From: Candidatus Methanomethylophilaceae archaeon
GTDB taxonomy: Archaea; Thermoplasmatota; Thermoplasmata; Methanomassiliicoccales; Methanomethylophilaceae
Direction: 5' to 3'
Length of the DNA: 64,000 bases
Assembly (NCBI GenBank): GCA_944320495.1
Contig: CALUHR010000005.1
Coordinates: 96,001 to 160,000 of the forward strand
The translations under genes were made by a program, and so were the position numbers. Numbering within the stretch: the first letter of the stretch is position 1; each line of letters begins with the position of its first letter. The notes below the pieces were generated by a model that made no database searches, had not been told where the DNA came from, and saw only the letters and a list, made by a program, of their open reading frames with translations. This document shows, one piece after another, positions 18,913 to 28,428 of this stretch.

Positions 18913-19204
18913 TCAGGGTGGACGACCGCTTCGTGCAGGACGAGGGATGGTACAGGGCGGCGGAGCGCTACGCCCGGTTCGCCGAGAAAGCCATGATCGC
19001 AGAACGCTGCATCTGGATCTCGGCGTCGGCTACAACACCCCCGGGATCATCAAGTTCCCGTTCCAGAGCATGGCACACGAGAACCCCGAGAGCAGATACG
19101 CCGCCGTGAGCATCGGATCGGCGGACGTCCACTCGTTCCTTCGGGACCGCGGGATCGGCATCGACGCCGACATCGGGAGCGTGCTGGAGGCCCTCTCCGG
19201 ATGA
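18895..19204 (+). pseudogene. 3' remnant of a SirTM-class (macrodomain-linked) sirtuin, frameshifted
   Basis: TMNLRVDDRFVQDEGWYRAAERY, then a frameshift into LDLGVGYNTPGIIKFPF...DADIGSVL; N-terminus missing. Confidence 0.7.
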
Positions 19205-19525
19205 TTCCGCCACGAGCCTCTTGTACCACCAGCCCCAGTCCTCCATCGCGTCGAGGATGGGCGCGAGGCTCTCCCCCAGGGGCGTGAGCGAGTACCCCAC
19301 CCGGGGCGGGACCTCCGGATAGACCGTCCTCGCGATCAGCTCGTTCTCCTCCATGCGGCGGAGCTTCTCTGTCAGGGCCTTCTGCGAGACCCCCGTCACC
19401 GATCTCATGAGCTCGTTGAAGCGCTTGGTCCCCGTGCGCAGGTCGCGGAGGATGAGCACCGCCCACTTGTCGCTGATCAGGAGGAGGGCGGTCTCCACGG
19501 GGCAAGGAGGGAGGTCGGTGATCAT
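18968..19525 (-). CDS. HxlR family winged-helix transcriptional regulator
   Basis: CPVETALLLISDKW...RFNEL...PEVPPRVGYSLT. The C-terminal ~70 aa read through the sirtuin remnant and are probably spurious. Confidence 0.88.
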   Translation of the reverse strand: MITDLPPCPVETALLLISDKWAVLILRDLRTGTKRFNELMRSVTGVSQKALTEKLRRMEENELIARTVYPEVPPRVGYSLTPLGESLAPILDAMEDWGWWYKRLVAESSGEGLQHAPDVGVDADPAVPKERVDVRRSDAHGGVSALGVLVCHALERELDDPGGVVADAEIQMQRSAIMAFSANRA

Positions 19526-19572
19526 GCCCGGGGGATGAGTGGCGTGGTGGTTCCTATGGCGGATGGCGCGGC

Positions 19573-19710
19573 GGGAAAATCCATCAGTGAAATTCGGGAA
19601 ATTCATGGATTGGGATCTGGGAAATTCATGGATTGGGATCTGGGAAAATCCATCAGTGAAAGTTGGGAAAATCCATCAGTGAAAGTTGGGAAAATCCATT
19701 AGTAGAAAAT
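19573..19710. repeat. Six tandem 23-bp units of two sequence types (A-B-B-A-A-A')
   Basis: A = GGGAAAATCCATCAGTGAAA(TTC/GTT); B = GGGAAATTCATGGATTGGGATCT. Confidence 0.95.
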
Positions 19711-19743
19711 GTAATAAAATATCGGACACCTACTGATATCCTG

Positions 19744-21036
19744 ATGACACTTACCAGACCAGGATATCGTCCCCGCCTCATCGACGTAAGCATAGCGAGA
19801 ACGCTACGCACTACGGGAGCGGTTTGCATAGAGGGGCCCAAATGGTGCGGTAAGACTTGGTCGGCCCTCAACCAGGCCAACAGCGCGGTGGATCTTTCCG
19901 ATGCCCGTGGAGACTTCCAGAATAGGAGTCTGGCGGAGACGGATCCGAATCTCGTCCTGGAGGGAGATGCCCCTCATCTGGTCGATGAATGGCAGGAGGT
20001 CCCGAAGCTCTGGGATGCCGTCCGTACAGCTGTCGATTCGGGACAGAAGAAGGGGATGTTCATCCTGACCGGCTCATCGACCCCTGTCCGCAAAGGGATA
20101 CTACACAGCGGCACGGGCAGGATGGCGACGCTACGCATGCATACGATGTCCCTGTACGAGTCGGGGGACTCTATCGGCACCGCCAGCATCTCGGACATGT
20201 TCGGAAACAGATTCAGGAGTTCGAGAACAGGCGATGTGAATCTGCGCGACCTCGTCTACCTGACGGTGCGCGGAGGATGGCCCGCATCCATAGGCGTCGC
20301 GAGAGAGGACGCCTCCATCATCGGCAGGCAGTATCTGGCCTCGATGAGGGATGAGGACTTCGAGAAGATCGACGGCGTCAAGAGGGATGCCGACAAGGTC
20401 AGGATGCTCATCAGGTCCCTGGCACGTAACGAGAGCACCCTTGCATCCAAGAGCAAACTGGCGTCCGACATCAGAGAGGAGGATGATTGGGAACCTGCCG
20501 AGAATACGGTGAATGACTACCTGGGCATCCTGAACAGGATGTTCCTGATAGAGGATCAACCCGCATTCAACCCAGGTCTGAGATCGTCCTACAGGGTGGG
20601 CAAGACCGCCAAGAGGCATCTGGCGGACCCCTCATTGGCTGCGGCGGCGATGGGCGCCGACATCGAGAGCCTCTTCAGGGATCTGAACACCTTCGGACTC
20701 CTCTTCGAGGCGCTGTGCGAACGCGACCTCAGGGTGTACACCCAGTCTCTCGATGGAGTGATGGGGCACTATCGCGACGGTCGTGGGAACGAGATCGACA
20801 CCGCCATCCAGCTCCCTGACGGACGCTGGGGGGCCTTCGAGATCAAGCTCGGGATGAACCAGGTCGACGAGGCCGCCGAGAAGCTGATAGCGTTCACGGA
20901 GAAGATAAGGAGTGACGGCGGAAGAGTCCCGGAGTTCCTCTGCGTGATCGTCGGTCTGTCGTCCTACGCCTACCGCCGCGAGGACGGTGTGTACGTCGTC
21001 CCGATAACCGCCCTCAGAGACCGACGGGCTTCCTGA
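19744..21036 (+). CDS. AAA ATPase with DUF4143 / PD-(D/E)xK C-terminal domain
   Basis: IEGPKWCGKT, LVDEWQ, ILTGSS, EID...AFEIKLG. Confidence 0.9.
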   Translation: MTLTRPGYRPRLIDVSIARTLRTTGAVCIEGPKWCGKTWSALNQANSAVDLSDARGDFQNRSLAETDPNLVLEGDAPHLVDEWQEVPKLWDAVRTAVDSGQKKGMFILTGSSTPVRKGILHSGTGRMATLRMHTMSLYESGDSIGTASISDMFGNRFRSSRTGDVNLRDLVYLTVRGGWPASIGVAREDASIIGRQYLASMRDEDFEKIDGVKRDADKVRMLIRSLARNESTLASKSKLASDIREEDDWEPAENTVNDYLGILNRMFLIEDQPAFNPGLRSSYRVGKTAKRHLADPSLAAAAMGADIESLFRDLNTFGLLFEALCERDLRVYTQSLDGVMGHYRDGRGNEIDTAIQLPDGRWGAFEIKLGMNQVDEAAEKLIAFTEKIRSDGGRVPEFLCVIVGLSSYAYRREDGVYVVPITALRDRRAS

Positions 21037-21493
21037 CATCGGCGAACTGGAACTCCATCGCCTTCGGCAGGTCCGCCACGGCCATCTCGATCTGGTACCC
21101 GACCTTCCCCGCGCTGAAGTAGATCCTCTCCAAAGTCTGGGCGGTGGCGTCTATCGTCACCCTCATGGGCCTCTTGGTGCACAGCGGCGAGCATCCGCCG
21201 TGGACGTACCCTGTCAGCGGGAGCAGCTCCTTCGACCTGATCATCGACAGGGACTTCTCGCCGACGCTGGCGGCCGCCTTCTTCAGATCCAGGTCCCCCG
21301 TCACGGGAACGAGGAATACGTAGTAACGGTGCTCCTTCGACTCCGTCACCAGGGTCTTGAAGACCTCCCGCGGATCCTCGCCGGCGCTCTGCGCCACCTC
21401 CATGCCCGACAGCGCCACGTCTCCGTAATAGTGGACCTCGTAGGGGATGCCGAGCTTGTCCAGATGCCTCATGGGATTGGTCTTCTGCTCCAT
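21014..21493 (-). CDS. ybaK: Cys-tRNA(Pro) deacylase YbaK/EbsC
   Basis: KTNPMRHLD, VFKTLV, TGYVHGGCSPL, FSAGKVG. Confidence 0.92.
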   Translation of the reverse strand: MEQKTNPMRHLDKLGIPYEVHYYGDVALSGMEVAQSAGEDPREVFKTLVTESKEHRYYVFLVPVTGDLDLKKAAASVGEKSLSMIRSKELLPLTGYVHGGCSPLCTKRPMRVTIDATAQTLERIYFSAGKVGYQIEMAVADLPKAMEFQFADVRKPVGL

Positions 21494-21598
21494 GATGCCT
21501 CATCGACAATCAAGTATTTGAACGCCCATCGCAGACGGTCGGGATCCGTCGCTGGAACTATATCGTTCCAGACAATGCGGGGCCTCAGAGGAGTTGCA

Positions 21599-22129
21599 AT
21601 GGTCAACATATTCCACGACATCGACCCCGAGATGGTCAAGCCCGAGAGCTTCACCGTCGTCATCGAGATCCCCAAGGGAAGCAAGGTAAAATACGAGCTG
21701 GACAAGGACACCGGCATGCTGAGGCTGGACAGGATCCTGTTCACCTCCACCCACTACCCCGCCAGCTACGGGTTCATCCCCAGGACCTACGCCGACGACG
21801 GCGACCCCTTGGATGCGCTCGTCCTGTGCAGCGAGACCATCGCCCCGCTGACCCTCGTCCAGTGCCGCCCCATCGGCGCCATCAAGATGGTCGACCAGGG
21901 CGACAACGACGAGAAGGTCATCGCCGTCTGCGAGGGAGACCCCGACTACAAGGACGTCAAGTGCCTCGACGACCTCCCCAAGCACCTCATCGAGGAGATG
22001 TGCCACTTCTTCGAGGTCTACAAGGCCCTCGAGCACAAGAAGACCGAGATCGACGGCACCATGGGCAAGGACGAGACCGAGAAGCTGGTCCAGGCCTGCA
22101 TGGACGGCTACGTCAAGAAGTACTGCTGA
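21599..22129 (+). CDS. ppa: Inorganic pyrophosphatase (family I)
   Basis: EIPKGSKVKYE, YPASYGFIPRTYADDGDPLD, DEKVIAV. Confidence 0.95.
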   Translation: MVNIFHDIDPEMVKPESFTVVIEIPKGSKVKYELDKDTGMLRLDRILFTSTHYPASYGFIPRTYADDGDPLDALVLCSETIAPLTLVQCRPIGAIKMVDQGDNDEKVIAVCEGDPDYKDVKCLDDLPKHLIEEMCHFFEVYKALEHKKTEIDGTMGKDETEKLVQACMDGYVKKYC

Positions 22130-22286
22130 ATGTCAGACGGGCCTCCGGGGAGGGGGCCCGGAAACCCTTTCCTTATCATTTCTGAACTGACCGGTCAACG
22201 TGACGATCGAACCTCGACCATAACGAGCCTTCACACGGGCCCGTTCCCACCCTCCGCCTTTATCAATTAACGCCGTTACATCATCC

Positions 22287-22655
22287 ATGATGTACGACAT
22301 GACCGTGTACGAGTCCGAGGACGCCAGGAACAGGGACCCCGCCGACGCGGAGAGGTTCGACGCCAGCTGCAGGGCGCTGTCCGCGGCGGGCATCGAGTTC
22401 GGACGCGTGATGTGCTCCTCGCCGGACGACATCACCGACCCGGAGGCCTCCGCCATCGTCGCAGAGAGGGGCATGGGCGCCCTCCCGATCTGCATCTTCC
22501 AGGGTGTGGACATCTCCGTCGGCTCGTACCCGTCGGACCAGGACCTTGCGGACTTCCTCGACGTCCCGGACGGGGTTCTCAGCGTGGACAGGACAAAGGG
22601 GCCCGCCATGGGCAACGACCTGCCGCCGTCCTGCTCCTGCAGACCCGTCAGGTGA
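22287..22655 (+). CDS. ArsD-like thioredoxin-fold metallochaperone
   Basis: RGMGALPICIFQG...GSYPSDQDLADFL and a Cys-containing tail resemble ArsD; no ars operon adjacent. Confidence 0.5.
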   Translation: MMYDMTVYESEDARNRDPADAERFDASCRALSAAGIEFGRVMCSSPDDITDPEASAIVAERGMGALPICIFQGVDISVGSYPSDQDLADFLDVPDGVLSVDRTKGPAMGNDLPPSCSCRPVR

Positions 22656-22691
22656 CGCTGGCATTAAGCGCAGGACGACCATCCACCGATT

Positions 22692-24857
22692 ATGAGGATA
22701 TCGATCCGCGGCACCGTGCAGGGTGTGGGCTTCAGACCCGCCGTGTACAGGGCGGCCGCACGCGCCGGCGCATCCGGCACCGTGAGCAACACCGGCTCGG
22801 AGGTCGTGATTGTCACCGACAGGGGCGAGGAGCTCCTCTCGGAGTTGATGTCCGACCTACCCCCGCTCGCCAGGATCGGATCCGTCGAGAAGAGTGACGA
22901 ACCGTACAACGGCCCGGACGGCTTCTCCATCGTACCGTCCGAGGGCGAGGGGTCGGGCGCGTCCATCCCCGCGGACAGCGCCGTCTGCGACAGGTGCGTG
23001 AGGGAGATGTTCTCCCCGGGCAGGCGCCACCTCTACCCGTTCACAACATGTACGGACTGCGGCCCGAGGTTCACGCTCCTCAGGGGGATGCCCTACGACC
23101 GCCCGCTGACGTCGATGGACGGCTTCCCCGTGTGCCCCGAGTGCGGGAGGGAGTTCTCCTCCCCCGGGGACCGCAGGTTCCACCATCAGACCATCGCCTG
23201 CCCCGTGTGCGGACCGTCGTACCGCCTTGAGACCCCCGACGGGACGTTCACGGACGACCCCATCGGCCGCCTCGCGTCCATGCTCGACGACGGATGCAGG
23301 GCCATCGTGAAGGGGTGGGGAGGGACGCACATCTGCTGCACCCTCGACCGCATCCCCGAACTGAGGGAGTGGTACGGCCGCAAGGCGAAACCCTTCGCCA
23401 TAATGGTCCGCGACATGGACGCACTCAGGCGCTATGCGGACCCGACCCCCGATGAGGAGCGGATGCTCGCATCCCCCGGAAGGCCCATCGTCCTCTGCCA
23501 GAAGGTCGATTCCAAAGAGACGGAGGACGCCTCCCCCGGGCTGGACACCATCGGCGTGTTCATGCCGTACACAGGGATGCATCACATCCTGTTCTCCGGA
23601 TTGGAGCACGACGCCCTCGTGATGACCTCCGCCAACCCCCCGGGCGAGCCCATGGCCGTCCGGGACGGGGACGCCAGGAGGATCGACGCGGACGCCTGGC
23701 TCCTCCACGACCAGCCGATAGTCAACCGCGCGGACGACACAGTCCTGAGGATGCTCGGGGACCGCACCCAGTACATACGCAGGTCCCGCGGGGCCGTGCC
23801 TTATCACCTGGACACCGTCATGGACGGGGACGCCGTGGCCCTCGGCGCACAGGAGAACCTCGCGGGCGCAGTCGCGTCCGGCGGGTCCATCTGGCCCACC
23901 CAGTACGTGGGCAACGGGGAGAAGATCGGCGTGCCGGAGTACCTGGAGGAGGCCGTCAGGACGCAGATGCGTCTGACGGGGTGCGTCCCGGAGATCGTGG
24001 CCATCGATCTTCATCCCGGATACGCGAACAGACCCTTCGCCCGTGCCCTGGCCGAGGAGTCCGGGGCGGAGATCATGGAGGTGCAGCACCACTGGGCCCA
24101 CGCCGCCTCCCTCCTGGCCGACAACGGCAGGGAGGGATGCGTCGCGCTCACCCTGGACGGGACGGGCATGGGCGACGACGGGACCGCCTGGGGAGGCGAG
24201 GTTCTGAGGGCCGACCTCGAGGGATACCGCAGGGCGGCCCACCTCGAACCGATACCCCTTCTGGGCAACGACAGGGCCCTCTACGACATCCGTAGGCTGA
24301 GGTTCGCCATCGACGAGATGAACGGCGCGGAGAACACGGACTTCGGCGATCGGGACGCCGCTGTGCTGAGGAAGCTCATGGGCAGGAGCGTCATGTGCTC
24401 CTCGATGGGCCGTGTCCTGGACGCGCTGTCGTACTCGCTGGGCGTGTGCGGGTACCGCAGCTACGACGGCGAGCCTGCCATGAGGCTGGAGCCCCTGCTG
24501 AACAGGGGACGCATCATCGAAGGCTACCGCGCCCGCTCCGAGAACGGCGTCGTGAGGACCGCCGAGCTGTTCGCCCGCATCGACCCAAGGAACAGACCGG
24601 AGGACGTGGCCTATTCCATAGTTCACGGGATGATCGACGAATTGGTCTCCCTGGCGGCCGTCGAGGCCGACTCCGCAGGGTTCGAGTATATAGGCCTTAC
24701 CGGCGGCGTATCGTACAACGGGGCCATAGCCAGGATGTTCACGGAATCGGTTATATCATCCGACCACCTTCCCCTTCTCCACAGGGAGGTGCCGAACGGC
24801 GACTGCGGGATATCGGTCGGCCAGGCGGCCATCGCCCTGAGGAAGATGTCAAGATGA
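22692..24857 (+). CDS. hypF: Hydrogenase maturation carbamoyltransferase HypF
   Basis: GTVQGVGFRP acylphosphatase domain, two CxxC Zn fingers, DLHPGY, QHHWAH, PNGDCGISVGQ. Confidence 0.96.
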   Translation: MRISIRGTVQGVGFRPAVYRAAARAGASGTVSNTGSEVVIVTDRGEELLSELMSDLPPLARIGSVEKSDEPYNGPDGFSIVPSEGEGSGASIPADSAVCDRCVREMFSPGRRHLYPFTTCTDCGPRFTLLRGMPYDRPLTSMDGFPVCPECGREFSSPGDRRFHHQTIACPVCGPSYRLETPDGTFTDDPIGRLASMLDDGCRAIVKGWGGTHICCTLDRIPELREWYGRKAKPFAIMVRDMDALRRYADPTPDEERMLASPGRPIVLCQKVDSKETEDASPGLDTIGVFMPYTGMHHILFSGLEHDALVMTSANPPGEPMAVRDGDARRIDADAWLLHDQPIVNRADDTVLRMLGDRTQYIRRSRGAVPYHLDTVMDGDAVALGAQENLAGAVASGGSIWPTQYVGNGEKIGVPEYLEEAVRTQMRLTGCVPEIVAIDLHPGYANRPFARALAEESGAEIMEVQHHWAHAASLLADNGREGCVALTLDGTGMGDDGTAWGGEVLRADLEGYRRAAHLEPIPLLGNDRALYDIRRLRFAIDEMNGAENTDFGDRDAAVLRKLMGRSVMCSSMGRVLDALSYSLGVCGYRSYDGEPAMRLEPLLNRGRIIEGYRARSENGVVRTAELFARIDPRNRPEDVAYSIVHGMIDELVSLAAVEADSAGFEYIGLTGGVSYNGAIARMFTESVISSDHLPLLHREVPNGDCGISVGQAAIALRKMSR

Positions 24858-25861
24858 GCAACCTGCTGTTCGTTCTGCTGGACGGAGCGGAGGACGACCC
24901 CTGCCCGCAGCTCGGTGGTAAGAAACCCATCGAGGTCGCCGAGATGCCGTTCCTCGAATCGAAGGTCACGCACCGCTACAGGACCACCGGACGCGGGTAC
25001 ACCCAGCTCTTCCTCAACGAGTTCTTCACCGGTCACCCGCCGGAGATCGGGAGGGCGGCCCTGGAGGCGTACGGCCTCGGTCTGCCGATCGACGACCCGA
25101 AACGCGTCGCGTACCGCCTGAGCCCCGCGAGGCTGGGCGACGGCATGGTACATTGGTGCTACCACAACGAGGACTTCGCCGACGAGCTCCAGGAGTGCAT
25201 CATGTCCCACATGGACCTGCTGGAGCCCTACAACCCCGCGATCAAGTTCTTCGTGGAGGGTCGCTCGGTCCTCACCATGGAGTCGGACACAGTCCCGGAG
25301 ACCCCCGCTCCCCCGGTGGACGCCCCCGAAATAAAGATAGACGGACCCCTAGGACAGCTCATCGACGCGGTGGCGTCGGAGATGGACGGCATCACCGTCT
25401 ATCCCTGGGGATGCAGCCGCGCGGGGAGACAGTACCCCGCATGGCCCGGCCTGAGGGACCTCACATCGATATCGGACAGCCCCACCTCCCTCGGCGTGTG
25501 CTCATCGCTGGGATTCACCAAGGTGGAGCTCGTCTACGACCTGGAGGAGAGGTTCCCCATCGCCCGCGAGGCGCTGAAGCACGGTGACGTATTCCTCCAC
25601 ATCGACGAGGTCGACGAGTACAGCCATCAGAAGGACCCTTTCAAGAAGAAGGCGGTCCTGGAGCGCACCGACGAGCTGATGGCCGAGTACTTCGCCGACG
25701 CCGACCGCATAATCTACTTCGCCGACCACGGGACGTCCTGCGTGACGGGCGAGCACATCGTCAGGGACACCCCGGTCTGGACAACATTCGACCTCGGCGC
25801 CGAGGAGGGCAGCACCATCACGCTGGACCGCCTGGTGCCGTCGATCATCGCGCACAGGTGA
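24854..25861 (+). CDS. Cofactor-independent phosphoglycerate mutase-like (alkaline phosphatase superfamily) protein
   Basis: FVLLDGAEDDP, FLHIDEVDEYSH, FADHGT metal-binding motifs. Confidence 0.75.
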   Translation: MSNLLFVLLDGAEDDPCPQLGGKKPIEVAEMPFLESKVTHRYRTTGRGYTQLFLNEFFTGHPPEIGRAALEAYGLGLPIDDPKRVAYRLSPARLGDGMVHWCYHNEDFADELQECIMSHMDLLEPYNPAIKFFVEGRSVLTMESDTVPETPAPPVDAPEIKIDGPLGQLIDAVASEMDGITVYPWGCSRAGRQYPAWPGLRDLTSISDSPTSLGVCSSLGFTKVELVYDLEERFPIAREALKHGDVFLHIDEVDEYSHQKDPFKKKAVLERTDELMAEYFADADRIIYFADHGTSCVTGEHIVRDTPVWTTFDLGAEEGSTITLDRLVPSIIAHR

Positions 25862-25866
25862 CAACA

Positions 25867-26985
25867 ATGGATTTCGAGCTGCCGCCCTCTCTGGGCATCT
25901 ACGGTAACGAGAAGATAGCCAAAGACGTCCTGTCCAGGATCTGGGGGAAGCGCGGAGTGTTCACATGCACCGTCGCCAACACCAGGACGTCCACCATCCC
26001 CGGGATCTCGGACGCGGGAGACACGCCGGAGCTCACGCTCTTCACCGGCCCCGCCGACGCGGAGCTCCTGATCAACAGGAAGACCACCTGCATGAAGGGC
26101 ATCCCGATCAACCCCGGCGGAATACCGACACCGGCGACGCTCACCCTCGCGGCGCTGGACCTCTCGGACATGCCGTGCTTCATCGTCAACGGCGGATGCT
26201 CCGTCGTGCCCTACGTGCCGTTCTTCGACATGGGCGGCGAGTGCGGGGATTACATCACCACCGGGAAGGCGGTGAAGAACGTCCGCACCGAGTTCGAGAA
26301 GGGGATGATGCTAGGCAGGATGCTCGCCAAGTCCTACGACTTCGTCGTGATCAGCGAGAGCTGCGCCGGAGGGACCACCACCGCCCTGGCCGTCATGACG
26401 GCGATGGGCGTCCTCAAGGAGAACATCGTGAGCAGCAGCTCGCCCAACAACCCCAGGGAGCTCAAGTCCAAGACCGTCGCTGAGGCGCTGAAGGCCGCCG
26501 GCATCGAGCCCGGGGACCTGGCCGACGACCCGCTGAGGGCCATCGAATGCGTGGGCGACCCCATGATGCCCGCCAACATCGGCATCGTGTGCGGCGCCGC
26601 GCCCCACGTGCCGGTGATCATCGGCGGAGGCACCCAGATGGGCGCCATCATCGCCAGCGTCATCAGGCTCCACCCTGAACTCATAGGGAACATCGTCCAG
26701 GGCACCACCAGGTGGCTGATGGGCGACGTCAACTCCAACATGAGGAGGATCATCGACACCATCACCCCCGACGTGCCGGCGGTCTACGTCAACGTGGACT
26801 ACAGCGGCAGCCCCTATGAGGGACTTCAGGCCTACGAGTGGGGATACATCAAGGAGGGCGCCGGATGCGGCGGATCCTCGGTCGGAGCGATAGCCATGAG
26901 CGCCGGCGAGATAACCGCCGACGCCCTGGAGGCCAGGGTCGAGGAGATCTACAGGGAGATTATGGGCGACGCCCTCGCTCCCTGA
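25867..26985 (+). CDS. cobT: Nicotinate-nucleotide:dimethylbenzimidazole phosphoribosyltransferase, archaeal type
   Basis: IPGISDAG, PTPATLT, SESCAGGTTTA, GGGTQM, YEWGYIKEGAGCGG. Confidence 0.88.
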   Translation: MDFELPPSLGIYGNEKIAKDVLSRIWGKRGVFTCTVANTRTSTIPGISDAGDTPELTLFTGPADAELLINRKTTCMKGIPINPGGIPTPATLTLAALDLSDMPCFIVNGGCSVVPYVPFFDMGGECGDYITTGKAVKNVRTEFEKGMMLGRMLAKSYDFVVISESCAGGTTTALAVMTAMGVLKENIVSSSSPNNPRELKSKTVAEALKAAGIEPGDLADDPLRAIECVGDPMMPANIGIVCGAAPHVPVIIGGGTQMGAIIASVIRLHPELIGNIVQGTTRWLMGDVNSNMRRIIDTITPDVPAVYVNVDYSGSPYEGLQAYEWGYIKEGAGCGGSSVGAIAMSAGEITADALEARVEEIYREIMGDALAP

Positions 26986-27580
26986 AGTAGCTCCGGGCCA
27001 GGTCCAGCTCCCGCGGCGTGTTCACGTTGACGGCGAGCTCGGGCCAGTTGGTCTCGAAAAGGAACTCCTCGAGGTAATCGCCCGCCAGGGTGCGCGGGCG
27101 GTTCATTATGCAGAGGCCGGACAGCACCCACTGGAAACCCCTGTTCTCGCGGGTGTACGATGGGGTTATCCCCAGTCCGCGGACCGTGGCCTCGTCTATC
27201 ACCGCGATGGCGGACTGCATCGTCCCCGGAACGAAGTACTCGATGAAGGCGTCCACCACATGGGTCGTTATCAGGGGAAGGTCGGACGGACAGGTCAGGA
27301 CGTAATCCCCGTCCATCCGCTCGAACGCCGTGTGGAGGTCGTCCATGAAGCTCTCGCCGGACGTGCGGATCGTGCGCACGCCCATCCCCTTCAGGTACTC
27401 CTCCGTCTCCAGCGTGTGGTCGCTCACCGAGACGAAGACCTCGTCTATGTGCTCCGATGCGGAGAGGGCGTCCACCACCCTCTGGATGGTGGGCTTGTCG
27501 CCCACCTTCTGCATCGGCTTCTCTATCCCGCATCTTCCCATGCGGGTGCCCTTTCCCCCTGCGTTGATCAATGCCTGCAT
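26960..27580 (-). CDS. cobY: Adenosylcobinamide-phosphate guanylyltransferase
   Basis: ALINAGGKGTRMG..EKP NTP-transferase motif, NVNTPREL; cob cluster context. Confidence 0.85.
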   Translation of the reverse strand: MQALINAGGKGTRMGRCGIEKPMQKVGDKPTIQRVVDALSASEHIDEVFVSVSDHTLETEEYLKGMGVRTIRTSGESFMDDLHTAFERMDGDYVLTCPSDLPLITTHVVDAFIEYFVPGTMQSAIAVIDEATVRGLGITPSYTRENRGFQWVLSGLCIMNRPRTLAGDYLEEFLFETNWPELAVNVNTPRELDLARSYFRERGRRP

Positions 27581-27585
27581 GGGAC

Positions 27586-28428
27586 TCAGACGACCACCAT
27601 GTAGACCAGGATCATGATCGCCATGACGGCGAACCTGGAGATCTCGTTCGTGGCACCGAGGATGTCGCCGTTGACCATGCCGAATACCCTGTTGCACCTC
27701 CTGGCCATGAGGAATCCGACCAGGATGGACATCAGGAGACCGGCGACGACAGCCGCATAGGTCCCGGTGACGTCCACGACGTTGAGGTCGAAGATCAGGG
27801 TGTCCGTCATTATCAGTGCGACCAGCGCGAGGATCGCGGCGAGGACCAAGGAGATGACGGTGGAGAAGATCAGCGAGGTCGTGGTGGTCTCGGAGACCTG
27901 CCTGCCGGCCATTCCGTGGCCCGGCTCCCCCCATGCCGCCGCTGCGACCTGGGCGTTCTTCACGAAGACCTCGGCGACGGTGGCGAACACGATGACGGCC
28001 AGGATGTCCCCCGCCATAGAGTACACGGAGAAGTTCAGCAGGGTGACCAGAAGGGCTACGCCGAGTCCTCCGGCACCGATGAGGGTGTCCTTCAGGGCCC
28101 TGACGTGATCCTCCTGCGTCCCCGCCACGACGGAGCCGTCGCCGAAATCCGCGAGACCGTCGAAGTGCAGGAACCTGCTGCCCACAAAGACCGTCGCGAG
28201 GATCGCAGCGGCCACGAACATCGAACTGCCGAAGTACCCCTTGTAACCCAGGTACACGAAGATCGAGGACACTACCATCACGGCGATGCCGAACAGGGCC
28301 CCCAAAAAGGGGACGAGGTGGAACTTCCTGTTCATCGCCTCCATGTCGTCCTCGTCGATGTCCATCCTCCAGATGGTGAAGAAGGCGACCATCGCCTTCA
28401 GCGCGCTTCCATCAGCCATTGATATCAA
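27586..28428 (-). CDS. cobS: Adenosylcobinamide-GDP ribazoletransferase
   Basis: LHFDGLADFGD, GMVNGDILGATNE; multi-TM. Confidence 0.92.
   Translation of the reverse strand: MISMADGSALKAMVAFFTIWRMDIDEDDMEAMNRKFHLVPFLGALFGIAVMVVSSIFVYLGYKGYFGSSMFVAAAILATVFVGSRFLHFDGLADFGDGSVVAGTQEDHVRALKDTLIGAGGLGVALLVTLLNFSVYSMAGDILAVIVFATVAEVFVKNAQVAAAAWGEPGHGMAGRQVSETTTTSLIFSTVISLVLAAILALVALIMTDTLIFDLNVVDVTGTYAAVVAGLLMSILVGFLMARRCNRVFGMVNGDILGATNEISRFAVMAIMILVYMVVV

Noticed and set aside
19573-19710. CRISPR array
   Set aside because: Units are contiguous 23-mers with no unique spacers, and no cas genes are nearby.
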